The notes under the pieces: model-generated
The model's database searches: none
Seen by the model: the letters and a program-made list of their open reading frames with translations, nothing else
Told to the model about the DNA's origin: nothing
Part shown: positions 47,813-57,527 of the stretch, one piece after another
Layout: each line of letters opens with the position of its first letter
Numbering within the stretch: the stretch's first letter is position 1
From: Desulfotomaculaceae bacterium
GTDB lineage: Bacteria; Bacillota; Desulfotomaculia; Desulfotomaculales; Pelotomaculaceae
NCBI GenBank assembly: GCA_028696455.1
Contig: JAQVGZ010000005.1
Span: forward strand, 5,076 to 69,075
DNA length: 64,000 nucleotides
Direction of reading: 5' to 3'
Program-made: the position numbers and the translations under genes

Positions 47813-48752
47813 TTGCTAGTACGGCCCCCGAAAGACCAGGCGTCCCCCTCAAAAAGTCTGCTGCACTCATACGCTTTGCTCCCTGCAGCTGCAGTTCGTC
47901 AATTACAATTATTCCTCTACCTGTACAGACCATAATGCCCTCTCGCCCGGTTTTTAGTATCTGTCCGGGTTTGGACCGTTGGTGTTCTTGCGTATGGTCC
48001 TCTTCGCGAACATGGGTTCGCCATATTTTTAACATCTTGTTCCCCCAAAAGGTATGTGCGCCCGGCCAGGGGTTCATTCCCCGAATATGGTTAAAAATAT
48101 CCCGGGCAGGCTTATTCCACTGAATCAATTCATCTGCCCCAGTAATAACCGGGGCATAAGAAGACTTACCCTTCTGAGGCTTTCTGGGCGCTTGTCCAAT
48201 CTCAATTAAATACAGTGTTTTATTTAACAAACGCGCACCTTCTACGGCTAAACGGTCGTGTACTGTTCCAACAGTATCCTCTTCAAGGATAGGTATACTT
48301 TTTTGAAGAATTATATCTCCTGTATCCAGTCCCTCGTCCATAAACATGGTAGTAATACCGGTTTCCAGCTCACCGTTTATTAAGGCCCGGTGAATTGGTG
48401 CAGCACCCCGGTACTTCGGCAATAGTGAGGCGTGAAGATTGATACAACCATACTTAGGTAATAAAAGAACATCCCTTGGCAGGATCTTACCGTAGGCGAC
48501 CACCACAATTACTTCCGGTAAAAAACTTCGCAACAAACTAACAAAGTCGGGTTCTCTCACCTGTGATGGCTGAATAACCAGCAGGTTTAAAGACTGAGCC
48601 AAATCTTTTACGGGGGGAGGAGTCTCCTTTTTCCCACGTCCCTTTGGCCGGTCAGGTTGAGTGACTACAGCAAGCACAGTGTGTTTCGACTCAACTAAAG
48701 CCTTAAGCGACGGTACTGCAAAATCAGGCGTTCCCATAAATATTAAACGCAT
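47766..48752 (-). CDS. fmt: methionyl-tRNA formyltransferase
   Basis: IFMGTPDFAVPSL, GCINLHASLLPKYRGAAPI. Confidence 0.95.
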   Translation of the reverse strand: MRLIFMGTPDFAVPSLKALVESKHTVLAVVTQPDRPKGRGKKETPPPVKDLAQSLNLLVIQPSQVREPDFVSLLRSFLPEVIVVVAYGKILPRDVLLLPKYGCINLHASLLPKYRGAAPIHRALINGELETGITTMFMDEGLDTGDIILQKSIPILEEDTVGTVHDRLAVEGARLLNKTLYLIEIGQAPRKPQKGKSSYAPVITGADELIQWNKPARDIFNHIRGMNPWPGAHTFWGNKMLKIWRTHVREEDHTQEHQRSKPGQILKTGREGIMVCTGRGIIVIDELQLQGAKRMSAADFLRGTPGLSGAVLANVQGWEAVSDEGGDD

Positions 48753-48783
48753 ATTTCATCCCTCAAAACCTTTTTTGTTACCG

Positions 48784-49236
48784 CTATATCTTCCTTATAT
48801 TCTGTGCCCGGTCAATAAACAAGATGCCATCCAGGTGGTCGATCTCATGCTGTAGCGCCCTAGCTAGCAGGCCACTGGCCCTGATCACGCATTGTTTTCC
48901 TCTGCGGTCCAGTCCCCTTACCTCCACCTCAGCAGCCCTTACAACATCTCCAATAGTTCCAGGCACACTAAGACACCCTTCACTGTCGATCTCCTGACCT
49001 TCAGTTTTTAATATTTCGGGATTAATAAATTCTATCAAACCGTCGCCAGCATCTACCGTAATTACCCTCTTTAAAACCCCTACCTGTGGTGCGGCCAGGC
49101 CAACGCCCTTGGCGCCGTACATGGTTTCTGCCATGTTATCCACAAGTTTAAGAATATTTGGTGTTATTTTAGGTACCGGTTTGGCGCGCTCTCTTAGAAT
49201 TCTATTTCCCAATTCTATTATTTTATATACCGCCAA
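48784..49236 (-). CDS. def: peptide deformylase
   Basis: [13 protein letters not shown] and HEIDHL motifs. Confidence 0.95.
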   Translation of the reverse strand: MAVYKIIELGNRILRERAKPVPKITPNILKLVDNMAETMYGAKGVGLAAPQVGVLKRVITVDAGDGLIEFINPEILKTEGQEIDSEGCLSVPGTIGDVVRAAEVEVRGLDRRGKQCVIRASGLLARALQHEIDHLDGILFIDRAQNIRKI

Positions 49237-49258
49237 GGCATTTTCCTCCTTCCAGATG

Positions 49259-51502
49259 CTATAACATCCCCTGGGGATTAATGTCTATGTTAATAATCGG
49301 CTTTAAAAAAGCGCGATCTCGCTCCAACCTGGATAGGCTTTCTTTAATTACATCTCTTAATAAATCGCGGCGAGAAGCCTTGATTACCAACTGCCAGCGG
49401 TATCTGTCCTTAATCTTATTCAGTGGCGCCGGAGCAGGTCCGAGTAAAGAAATACCTCGATCATCCCCGGATACTATTTTTTCTATTAGATATCTCACCT
49501 GCGTGGCGCCTTTCTTAACTTCCTCTTCGTCTTCATGAGTAAAAAGGAGTCTAGCTAAATGGCTAAAAGGGGGGTATCCAAGAGACCGTCGCACCGGAAT
49601 CTCATTTTGGTAAAATCTTTCGCTGTCATGCGCGGCAGCAACGGTAATGCAGTAATGATCCGGGTTATATGTCTGAACTAGCACTTCCCCGGGCAGTTTA
49701 CCTCTCCCTGCCCGGCCTGCAACCTGGGTCAATAACTGAAATGTGCGCTCTGCAGCACGGAAATCAGGCATATGCAAGGTGATATCAGCGTTAATTACTC
49801 CAACCAAAGTAACTCCTGGAAAATCCAAGCCTTTGGCAATCATTTGGGTTCCGATAAGTATGTCCGCTTGCCGATCATGAAAAGCATTTATGATTTGTGC
49901 ATGAGATCCTTTACGGGAAGTCGAATCACTGTCCATTCGCAAGATCCGTGCCCCAGGAAAGAACTTACCAACTTCTGCTTCAACCTTTTGTGTGCCTGCT
50001 CCAAAGTGCCGGATATTATGTCCGCCACAATTAGGACATAATTGCGGTGACTTAATGTGATAATTACAGTAGTGGCATCTCAAGAGCCCATCCTGATGAT
50101 AAGTCAAAGAAATATCACAACGCAAACATTTCAAAACTAGCCCGCATTCATGGCACATTACAAAAGTGGAAAAACCCCGCCTATTCAAAAATAGCAACAC
50201 TTGTCCTTTGCTTTGCAAATGCCGGTTTATTGATGCAATGAGAGGCCGGCTGAAGATACCGAGGTTTCCTTCCTTCACTTCACGTCGCATATCTACCACC
50301 CTTACTGGTGGAAGAGGACGCTCGTCAACCCTTTTGCCCAACTTTATCAACTGATATGGGCCTCCAGTAGTGGTCTTAAACTGTGATTCCAAGGAAGGGG
50401 TCGCACTGCCGAGAAGAACTGTCGCTCCAGCTAGCTGTGCCCTTTTTAAGGCAATCTCCCTGGCATGGTAGCGAAGGTGGTCATCTTGTTTATATGATGA
50501 CTCATGTTCTTCATCGATAACAAATAAACCTGGCCTGGTCAGGGGGGCAAAAATAGCCGATCTAGTCCCAAGTACTACAGGTGCCCTACCTTCCCTAATC
50601 CGCTGCCACTCGTCAAACCTTTCCCTAGCTGGCAATCCACTATGTAGAACCGCCACCTGCTCGTCAAATCGCTCGCGAAACATTTCCACCATTTGCGGGG
50701 TAAGTGATATCTCCGGAACCAGGGTTACTGCCTGGCAGCCAACTTCTAGCGCAACGGCAATAGCCCGCAAATAAACTTCGGTCTTACCGCTGCCGGTTAC
50801 ACCATGCAAAAGAAAGGCGTTAAATGTTCCCTCCCTAATCGCTCCCGCAACTTGTGACAGAGCTTTTTCTTGCTCTGCGTTAAGAGTTATTTCTTTAGTT
50901 TTGACATTACTATGATAAAACCTGGCTGTATGGCGTGGTACTTTCACCACGGAAGATTTCAGTAAGCCTTTTCTAGTCAACACATCTATTACTGAAGTTG
51001 ATACTTCCGCTTCCGCTGCCAGTTCCTTACGTGTTAGTCCCGGACAGGCTAAGGCTTTTTCTAAAGCAGCAACCTGTTTGGGGACCCTGACCATTAATGA
51101 TAGTGCCTTTCTTAATTCATTCTCCGGCAGGGCGGGGTAAAACTGCTTTACTTCACGTGCTCCCTTCACTAACAGCCGTGGGGAAAGAATACGCTGTAGT
51201 GCTTCTGCTGTGCTGCATAAATAGTTTTCCGCCATCCAGCGGGCTAATCCCAATAACTCCGTGGTAAATACAGGCTCTGGGTCAATTATTCCGGCGATTT
51301 CTTTAACCTTTACAGTACTTTCCGGAAAACCGAAGCCTGTAACATATCCAGTCAGTCGCCTGCCACCAAAGGGAACAATAACCCTTACGCCAAATGCAAC
51401 TTGGCCCTGAAACTCCACTGGGACAGCGTAGTGAAAAACCCGGTCAGTTCTCCGGGCATTAAGTGCTACGATTACCTCGGCAAAAGGGCCGATTTTGTCC
51501 AT
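49259..51502 (-). CDS. priA: primosomal replication restart helicase PriA
   Basis: [16 protein letters not shown], and the zinc-binding Cys cluster (CHECG...CLRC...CHYC...CPNCG). ATG 51502 follows GGAGGG. Confidence 0.9.
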   Translation of the reverse strand: MDKIGPFAEVIVALNARRTDRVFHYAVPVEFQGQVAFGVRVIVPFGGRRLTGYVTGFGFPESTVKVKEIAGIIDPEPVFTTELLGLARWMAENYLCSTAEALQRILSPRLLVKGAREVKQFYPALPENELRKALSLMVRVPKQVAALEKALACPGLTRKELAAEAEVSTSVIDVLTRKGLLKSSVVKVPRHTARFYHSNVKTKEITLNAEQEKALSQVAGAIREGTFNAFLLHGVTGSGKTEVYLRAIAVALEVGCQAVTLVPEISLTPQMVEMFRERFDEQVAVLHSGLPARERFDEWQRIREGRAPVVLGTRSAIFAPLTRPGLFVIDEEHESSYKQDDHLRYHAREIALKRAQLAGATVLLGSATPSLESQFKTTTGGPYQLIKLGKRVDERPLPPVRVVDMRREVKEGNLGIFSRPLIASINRHLQSKGQVLLFLNRRGFSTFVMCHECGLVLKCLRCDISLTYHQDGLLRCHYCNYHIKSPQLCPNCGGHNIRHFGAGTQKVEAEVGKFFPGARILRMDSDSTSRKGSHAQIINAFHDRQADILIGTQMIAKGLDFPGVTLVGVINADITLHMPDFRAAERTFQLLTQVAGRAGRGKLPGEVLVQTYNPDHYCITVAAAHDSERFYQNEIPVRRSLGYPPFSHLARLLFTHEDEEEVKKGATQVRYLIEKIVSGDDRGISLLGPAPAPLNKIKDRYRWQLVIKASRRDLLRDVIKESLSRLERDRAFLKPIINIDINPQGML

Positions 51503-51562
51503 TATACCCTCCAGGGGAAAACTTTTCAAACACATGACTAATTATATCAAAAAAAACAAACA

Positions 51563-51982
51563 CTAAAATAGTTTCTTCGGTTTTATCCCACCACGTGGAC
51601 CTAATATTTGAAACCAAATCATTCCTTTAACAAAATCCCGGGGGTGAATATAGCTGTTCATATCCATTTCAACAGAGCCTTTCACCCGATTATCCTGATT
51701 ATTGCAATATTTAAAATCATTTTTTCTGCAATTACCGGTAAGTTGTTCGGAAATATCCTTATATTCGGGGGATGCATTAACAGTTACTTCACTGCTTGAC
51801 CTGATCAGATTTCCAGGCAAGCCCAACTCATGTCCTCCTTCAGATGGCCTGTCCAGGGGGCACTCTTGCGGGTTGATGGACTCAACCCCCCGACTGGAGA
51901 TCTGTTGGGTTTCAAAATGCTTTGACTGCCTTATAATTTTCAAAATTATTAACATCAGTAATATAAGCCATATATACTTCAC
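51563..51982 (-). CDS. hypothetical membrane-anchored protein (positional equivalent of Bacillus yqfB)
   Basis: An N-terminal TM (IWLILLMLIILKII). It sits directly downstream of floA on the same strand. I recognise no family from the sequence. Confidence 0.45.
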   Translation of the reverse strand: MKYIWLILLMLIILKIIRQSKHFETQQISSRGVESINPQECPLDRPSEGGHELGLPGNLIRSSSEVTVNASPEYKDISEQLTGNCRKNDFKYCNNQDNRVKGSVEMDMNSYIHPRDFVKGMIWFQILGPRGGIKPKKLF

Positions 51983-52010
51983 TGTTTCACACCCCTTAGA
52001 AATTAGTTCT

Positions 52011-53006
52011 TTATCTGCTGTCTTCCCTACCCGAGTTCATTTTAGACAGGGCATCACGCATTTGAGTGTCTGCCAAAAGGTTTTGTATATTAAAATAATC
52101 CATCACCCCGAGCTTTCCCTGGCGCAAGGCATCGGACATTGCCAGCGGGACCTGGGCCTCAGCTTCAACAACTCTGGCGCGCATTTCCTGGACAGCAGCC
52201 TTCATCTCCTGTTCTCTGGCTACCGCCATAGCCCTGCGCTCCTCTGCCTTGGCCTGGGCGATGCGCTTATCTGCCTCAGCCTGATCCGTCTGCAACTGCG
52301 CCCCAATGTTACGCCCAACATCTACGTCTGCGATATCAATTGATAAAATTTCAAAGGCCGTCCCCGCATCAAGCCCCTTGCTTAAGACTGTTTGCGAAAT
52401 CAAATCTGGGTTTTCCAATACCTGCTTGTGGTTATCCGCACTTCCCACAGTCGTCACCACACCCTCACCGACCCTGGCAAGAATCGTTTCTTCTCCCGCG
52501 CCACCTACCAGACGATCAATATTTGCCCGTACGGTTACCCTGGCAATGACTTTGACCTCAATCCCGTCTTTGGCCACCGCTGATACTAGTGGTGTCTCAA
52601 GCACCTTTGGATTTACACTCATTTGCACAGCCTGGAAAACATCCCGCCCCGCCAGGTCAATAGCCGCAGCCCGCTCGAAAGGTAGTGGTATAGCTGCCCG
52701 CTCTGCGGCAATCAAAGCATTGACTACCCCGTCCACATTACCACCAGCCAGGTAATGAGCTTCAAGCTGATTTACAGCAACATTGAGGCCGGCTTTGTCA
52801 GACTTAATAAGCGGGTTAACAATCTTTGCCGGCGGTACTCTCCGCAAGCGCATGCCAATCAGAGTAATAATACCAACCCTGACTCCAGCAGCCAGGGCTG
52901 AAATCCACAACCCAACAGGAATAAAACTGAAAATTACTGCTAAACCAATCAATACTAAAAAAATTATCAATATTGATGCAATAAATCCTGCTCCCACTTT
53001 CATCAC
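52011..53006 (-). CDS. floA: flotillin-like protein FloA (UPF0365/YqfA family)
   Basis: The N-terminal hairpin anchor and the conserved [31 protein letters not shown], plus an SPFH-like core and an A/E-rich C-terminal helix. Confidence 0.85.
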   Translation of the reverse strand: MMKVGAGFIASILIIFLVLIGLAVIFSFIPVGLWISALAAGVRVGIITLIGMRLRRVPPAKIVNPLIKSDKAGLNVAVNQLEAHYLAGGNVDGVVNALIAAERAAIPLPFERAAAIDLAGRDVFQAVQMSVNPKVLETPLVSAVAKDGIEVKVIARVTVRANIDRLVGGAGEETILARVGEGVVTTVGSADNHKQVLENPDLISQTVLSKGLDAGTAFEILSIDIADVDVGRNIGAQLQTDQAEADKRIAQAKAEERRAMAVAREQEMKAAVQEMRARVVEAEAQVPLAMSDALRQGKLGVMDYFNIQNLLADTQMRDALSKMNSGREDSR

Positions 53007-53086
53007 TCCCAGAAAAAATTAATCAATAGTAGCGCAATCACTGAGTCTGTTTTTTTGATGCAACTACAAAGTCTTGTTGTCAGTCA

Positions 53087-53581
53087 TCAGGTTATCTCTT
53101 TTACTACAACTCGCGTGCCCTCTACCTTGAATATTTTAATTCGCGCACCGGGTCTGATAAATTCTCCTTCCGTAACCACGTCCAGGCGTTGACCATTTAC
53201 CTCGATCGAGCCTGCCGGCCTGAGAGGGGTCAGGGCAATACCCTCCTTTCCTTTATAAAACGCTAATTCCGGTGAGGGAGCAATGTATCCCTCATTTTTA
53301 TATTGTTTGTTTTGCAAGGTAAATCTGTACCATAGGTTATATCGGGACATAAATCGCAGGCCTACAACAAGAATAATTATCGTTACAATAATCGCCAGTA
53401 CTAATGCCGATGTAGCCTGCGTAATATCTACTGCAACCAGCATTACGCCCCAGCCTACCAGGATAATCCCAATGACGCCAGAAATTCCGAAGCCTGAAAA
53501 AACAAAAACTTCTAGTACAAATGCTATAGCCGCTAAAATAAATGCGAGGATGGCAAGCCAGTTAATCAATTCAGCGGACAT
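53087..53581 (-). CDS. NfeD-family membrane protein
   Basis: Multiple TM helices and a C-terminal OB-like NfeD domain (G.ALT.LRPAG...V.G.R.DVVTEGEFI..G..I.I..VEG.R..VK). It is paired with floA. The start is taken as ATG 53581. Confidence 0.75.
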   Translation of the reverse strand: MSAELINWLAILAFILAAIAFVLEVFVFSGFGISGVIGIILVGWGVMLVAVDITQATSALVLAIIVTIIILVVGLRFMSRYNLWYRFTLQNKQYKNEGYIAPSPELAFYKGKEGIALTPLRPAGSIEVNGQRLDVVTEGEFIRPGARIKIFKVEGTRVVVKEIT

Positions 53582-54095
53582 GCTCTTTTTGTCACCTCTT
53601 TTCAATTCAAGCTTAAAGTTTTTTCAAGCTAATAGTTGCTCAATACTCTTCAGTCTTTTGTTGATATTATCTCATAATTTCTAGTATATTTAAAACCAGT
53701 ATACCTGAACAAAGATTTTAGAAATATTATCTTAGTTCCTGAATAGAGGGAGAAGTTAGAAAAAGGGTATAATTTGGTTTAGTAACTGGTGAGGATAAAC
53801 GCAGTTTAGATTAAAATCTTCAACATACTAATAAAAAGTATCCGGGGCGCTTGTAACACCCCGCTTTTTAAACCTTTATAATTTTGGATAGTATCTTTTT
53901 ATATAGATCATGGCTCGCCATAGAATGTCTGGCTTTATCCTGACGTGCTTTATGGATAGCATCGAGTTCCTCTTATAAACACAGTTGGCCATATCTTTTT
54001 CCAAAGGTTAACGTCTGATTAACCAATTACCTGTAAAAACATGCCTAGAAGTTTAGCAAACAGGTTGTGCGATGGGCTTATGCCAAAATACTGCT

Positions 54096-54545
54096 TCACT
54101 TTTTCGGCTGTCTCTGTAATGTATTTTTTTCGTTTGCTTCCCCTTCCAAACAAGCTGGGCAAATACCGTAATAATATATGGTGAAATTTTCTACTAAATA
54201 ACCATTATATTTTGATGGTGTTCGTATTTTTAGAGTTACGGCATCCAGGTCAAATAAGGAATCACATATTCTACACAAAAAATGACCATGGGGTGCTGGG
54301 TTTGGATCAAATCGTCTTTTTTCTGCTCTGATTATAATCTCCTGCAATTCCCCGGCTTTTGTTAACAATTCTAGGTTATTATATACTGTAGTTAGAGACA
54401 AGGATGGGTATTTAAGCTTAAGCTGATGGTATATTTCTTCAGCAGATGGGTGAGAGGTATTACCTTCAAGAAATTCTAATATTGCCATTCTCTGTGGAGT
54501 CATACGCAGACCCTGTTTTTTTATTTTATTTATCATCATTTTCAA
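54096..54545 (-). CDS. Fur-family metalloregulator (PerR/Zur/Fur-like)
   Basis: The winged-helix RMTPQRMAILEFL..N..HPSAEEIY..L, with HGHFLCRICD and a C-terminal CPAC (two CxxC pairs). Confidence 0.8.
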   Translation of the reverse strand: MKMMINKIKKQGLRMTPQRMAILEFLEGNTSHPSAEEIYHQLKLKYPSLSLTTVYNNLELLTKAGELQEIIIRAEKRRFDPNPAPHGHFLCRICDSLFDLDAVTLKIRTPSKYNGYLVENFTIYYYGICPACLEGEANEKNTLQRQPKK

Positions 54546-54570
54546 TTTATCATCCTTATAATTTTATAGT

Positions 54571-54600
54571 TATAATAAATTATTGCATATGATTTGTCAA
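54571..54600 (-). promoter_or_regulatory. candidate sigma-A promoter of the Fur-family gene
   Basis: Minus strand TTGACA-18 nt-TATTAT. It overlaps an AT-rich imperfect palindrome. Confidence 0.35.
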
Positions 54601-54670
54601 TCTTTTTACCTGGAAGTTATCTGAGCAATTTCGAAGTACAAGGTCAAACTATTTTTTTATGTAAAATGAC

Positions 54671-54699
54671 TTGACAGGCATCGTCATTTACAGTACATT
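54671..54699 (+). promoter_or_regulatory. candidate sigma-A promoter of the thi operon
   Basis: TTGACA-17 nt-TACATT, just upstream of the TPP riboswitch. Confidence 0.4.
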
Positions 54700-54710
54700 G
54701 AATAAAAATG

Positions 54711-54836
54711 ACCTTAGGGGTGCCGGACAAGGCCGGCTGAGAAAACTTCACGACTAAAGAAGTTTACCCTTTGAACCTGATTCTGGGTAATTCCAGCGAA
54801 GGAAGAGGTTTGTTAAGAGTAATAGCCTCTTTTTTA
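54711..54836 (+). promoter_or_regulatory. TPP riboswitch (THI element) with intrinsic terminator
   Basis: The THI-box core is GGGGTGCC...GGCTGAGA...ACCCTTTGAACCTGATTCTGGGTAATTCCAGCGAAGGAAG. The terminator aagagg-N17-cctctt plus TTTTT lies at about 54803-54835. Confidence 0.85.
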
Positions 54837-54880
54837 CTACGGAAGAGGTTTATTTTTTTATTTTTTTTAAGGAGAAGCAT

Positions 54881-55918
54881 ATGGAGCTATTAAGAATAAT
54901 AGACGCAAATTTGAACCGGGCCAGGGAAGGGATCAGAGTTGTAGAAGAAATTAGCAGATTTTATCTTAACGATCAGGATATCTTTTTGGGGCTAAAAAAA
55001 CTCAGGCATCAAATAATTGAGGGTGAAAAGAGTTTAGGTATCAGGCCAATCATCTCCCGGAAATCCGAAAGCGATGTAGGTAAAGAACCACATCAAATAG
55101 AAAATGATCGTGGAAATCTAAAGGAACTGCTTGAGGCAAACGCTAATCGGGTCGAAGAAAGTCTAAGGGTTTTAGAAGAGTTTTCTAAACTCCATGGTTA
55201 TTCTGGAGAACTATTTAAAAAAGCCCGTTTTTCAATGTATGGACTGGAGCATGAAATATTATTTAAACTATCTAAGTCTATTGATTATAGATTGTACCTG
55301 GCAACCGATGATTATTATCTGAAAAAAGACAATATTTATGATGTTATTGAGCAATCTCTTAAAGCAGGAGCGACTATCCTGCAATATAGATGCAAAGACA
55401 AGACAAGCAAAGAGATGTTGACTGAAGCAAATAAATTAAGAAAACTGACTCAAAAGTATAATATACCCCTAATTATTAATGACAGGTTGGATTTAGCCTT
55501 GGCGGTGGATGCAGACGGTGTCCATTTGGGACAGAGTGACTTACCTTTCGAAATCGCAAAAAAATACATGGGGGAGAGAGTAATTGGCATCTCCACACAC
55601 AGCTATGAGGAAGGTCGCTCAGCTATATTAGCAGGGGCAGACTACATTGGACTGGGGCCAGTTTTTGATACTTCAACAAAAAAAGATGCCCATCCCACTT
55701 GTGACATGGAAACCATAACTTGCCTAAAAAAAGAGTTCCCAAAAGCAAGAATTATCGCCATCGGCGGAATTAGCCTGAAAAACGCGACCAGGGTATTAAC
55801 AGCCGGAGCAGACGGGCTAGCAGTTATTTCTGCCATTCTAAATAGTAGCGATCCTGCCCGTGAAACCACAGTATTCAGGAAAATAATTAACCAGACCAGG
55901 GCTCTACATCGGGAATAA
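54881..55918 (+). CDS. thiE: thiamine-phosphate synthase with an N-terminal extension of about 130 aa
   Basis: The C-terminal two-thirds is ThiE-like (LYLATDD, INDRLDLALAVDADGVHLGQSD, IGLGPVF.T.TK, IAIGGI). The N-terminal segment MELLRIIDANLNRAREG... is the extra domain often fused to clostridial ThiE. Confidence 0.8.
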   Translation: MELLRIIDANLNRAREGIRVVEEISRFYLNDQDIFLGLKKLRHQIIEGEKSLGIRPIISRKSESDVGKEPHQIENDRGNLKELLEANANRVEESLRVLEEFSKLHGYSGELFKKARFSMYGLEHEILFKLSKSIDYRLYLATDDYYLKKDNIYDVIEQSLKAGATILQYRCKDKTSKEMLTEANKLRKLTQKYNIPLIINDRLDLALAVDADGVHLGQSDLPFEIAKKYMGERVIGISTHSYEEGRSAILAGADYIGLGPVFDTSTKKDAHPTCDMETITCLKKEFPKARIIAIGGISLKNATRVLTAGADGLAVISAILNSSDPARETTVFRKIINQTRALHRE

Positions 55919-56066
55919 CCACCAACATATTCTCATTTAACCTGGGAATACCGGTTTATAGCATAGTTTCGTCATTTGGTCGTCTTCTACTATTTAGGGG
56001 GCATTTTCAAAAGAAAAAACTACTCTATAGATCAGATAAGTATAAATTATAAAAGGATGTGGCAAA

Positions 56067-57386
56067 GTGACTCAATTATTAATGGCACTCGAAGGTACAA
56101 TTAGCAATGAAATGCGCCAAGTCGCCAAGGATGAAAATATTTCTCCCGATTTCATCCGGACTCAGATTGCCGAAGGTAAAGTGGTTGTTCCAGCCAATAT
56201 TAATCACAAAAGCTTAGTACCCAAAGGTATCGGTGAGGGACTAAAAGTAAAAATAAATACCAATATTGGTACTTCTGAAGACCGATGTTCTTATGAAGAG
56301 GAGCTTTTAAAGCTTAAGATGTCCATCAAGGTCGGCACCGATGCAGTAATGGACCTTAGTACAGGCGGAAACCTTGACCAAACCAGACGGGAGATAATTA
56401 AAGAAAGTACAGTCCCGGTCGGAACTGTGCCTTTGTATCAGGCTGCAACCGAAGTATTATTAAAAAACAATGATGTCAGCACCATGTCACCCAATCACTT
56501 ATTTGAAGTTATCACCAGGCAAGCCGAGGACGGTGTAGATTTTATGACTGTCCATGTTGGCGTAACGAGGGAGATTCTTAAGGCAATGGATAAACACCCC
56601 CGCTTGACGGAAGTGGTCAGCAGGGGAGGGTCACTAACCCTTGACTGGATGGATAGAAATAATGCCGAAAACCCGTTATACGAACGATTTGACGAACTTC
56701 TAAAAATTTGTCGAAAGTATGATGTAACTTTAAGCCTGGGGGATGGACTGAGGCCCGGCTGTATTAACGATGCTACCGATACATTACAGTTAATGGAGCT
56801 GATGAAACTGGGTGAGATGGTTAGAACTGCCTGGGATTACGGCGTTCAGGTAATGGTTGAAGGGCCTGGGCATGTACCGATCAACCAGGTTGAAATGAAT
56901 ATTAAGTTAATGAAGCGACTCTGCTATAATGCTCCCTTTTATGTACTTGGACCGCTGGTCACTGATATTGCACCCGGTTACGATCACATCACAGCAGCTA
57001 TTGGTGGAGCGTGGGCTGCTTATTTTGGTGCTGACTTTTTGTGCTATGTGACCCCTTCCGAGCATTTGGGTTTACCGACTATAGAGGATGTAGAAGATGG
57101 TGTTGTTACTTTTAAAATTGCCGCTCACGCTGCAGATTTAGCCAGAGGCAACAAGGATGCTTTAAACCGCGATTATCTTATGAGCAAGGCCAGAAAAGAA
57201 CTTGATTGGGAGGAACAGTTCAGGCTTTCAATAAACCCTGAAAGGGCAAGAAAAATTCGTGAGTTAAGAGGAGGAGACAAACAAAGTACCACATGTACCA
57301 TGTGCGGGAAATTATGTGCTGTTAAGACCATGAACGAGCTACACGAAAGAAGATCACTAAGATGCTCTAAGAATACTAGAGAATAA
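56067..57386 (+). CDS. thiC: phosphomethylpyrimidine synthase
   Basis: ThiC patterns: NIGTS, DTVMDLSTGG-like (DAVMDLSTGG), GDGLRPG, and the C-terminal CTMCG Fe-S motif. The start is GTG. Confidence 0.95.
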   Translation: MTQLLMALEGTISNEMRQVAKDENISPDFIRTQIAEGKVVVPANINHKSLVPKGIGEGLKVKINTNIGTSEDRCSYEEELLKLKMSIKVGTDAVMDLSTGGNLDQTRREIIKESTVPVGTVPLYQAATEVLLKNNDVSTMSPNHLFEVITRQAEDGVDFMTVHVGVTREILKAMDKHPRLTEVVSRGGSLTLDWMDRNNAENPLYERFDELLKICRKYDVTLSLGDGLRPGCINDATDTLQLMELMKLGEMVRTAWDYGVQVMVEGPGHVPINQVEMNIKLMKRLCYNAPFYVLGPLVTDIAPGYDHITAAIGGAWAAYFGADFLCYVTPSEHLGLPTIEDVEDGVVTFKIAAHAADLARGNKDALNRDYLMSKARKELDWEEQFRLSINPERARKIRELRGGDKQSTTCTMCGKLCAVKTMNELHERRSLRCSKNTRE

Positions 57387-57527
57387 GAAAGGTGTCCCAA
57401 GATTGTGGACAGCTACATTGAAGCATAAGTTAGGAAACTGTAAAGCCCTGGCCAAAGATCCGGGCGTAATTTTAAAAAATTCAAAAGAGTGTTGCAAAAA
57501 AATAGGATCGCTGGGGGACCAGGGATA

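Noticed and set aside
51702-52343. A 213-aa plus-strand ORF
   Set aside because: It is antisense to floA and to the downstream small gene, and its sequence is low-complexity and Leu/Ser/Cys-rich. It is a shadow ORF of well-supported minus-strand genes.
54801-54852. The direct repeat GGAAGAGGTTT (54801 and 54841), as a repeat element
   Set aside because: Both copies lie within the TPP riboswitch expression platform and the thiE leader. The first forms the terminator stem. It is most simply part of the regulatory RNA, not a mobile or tandem repeat.
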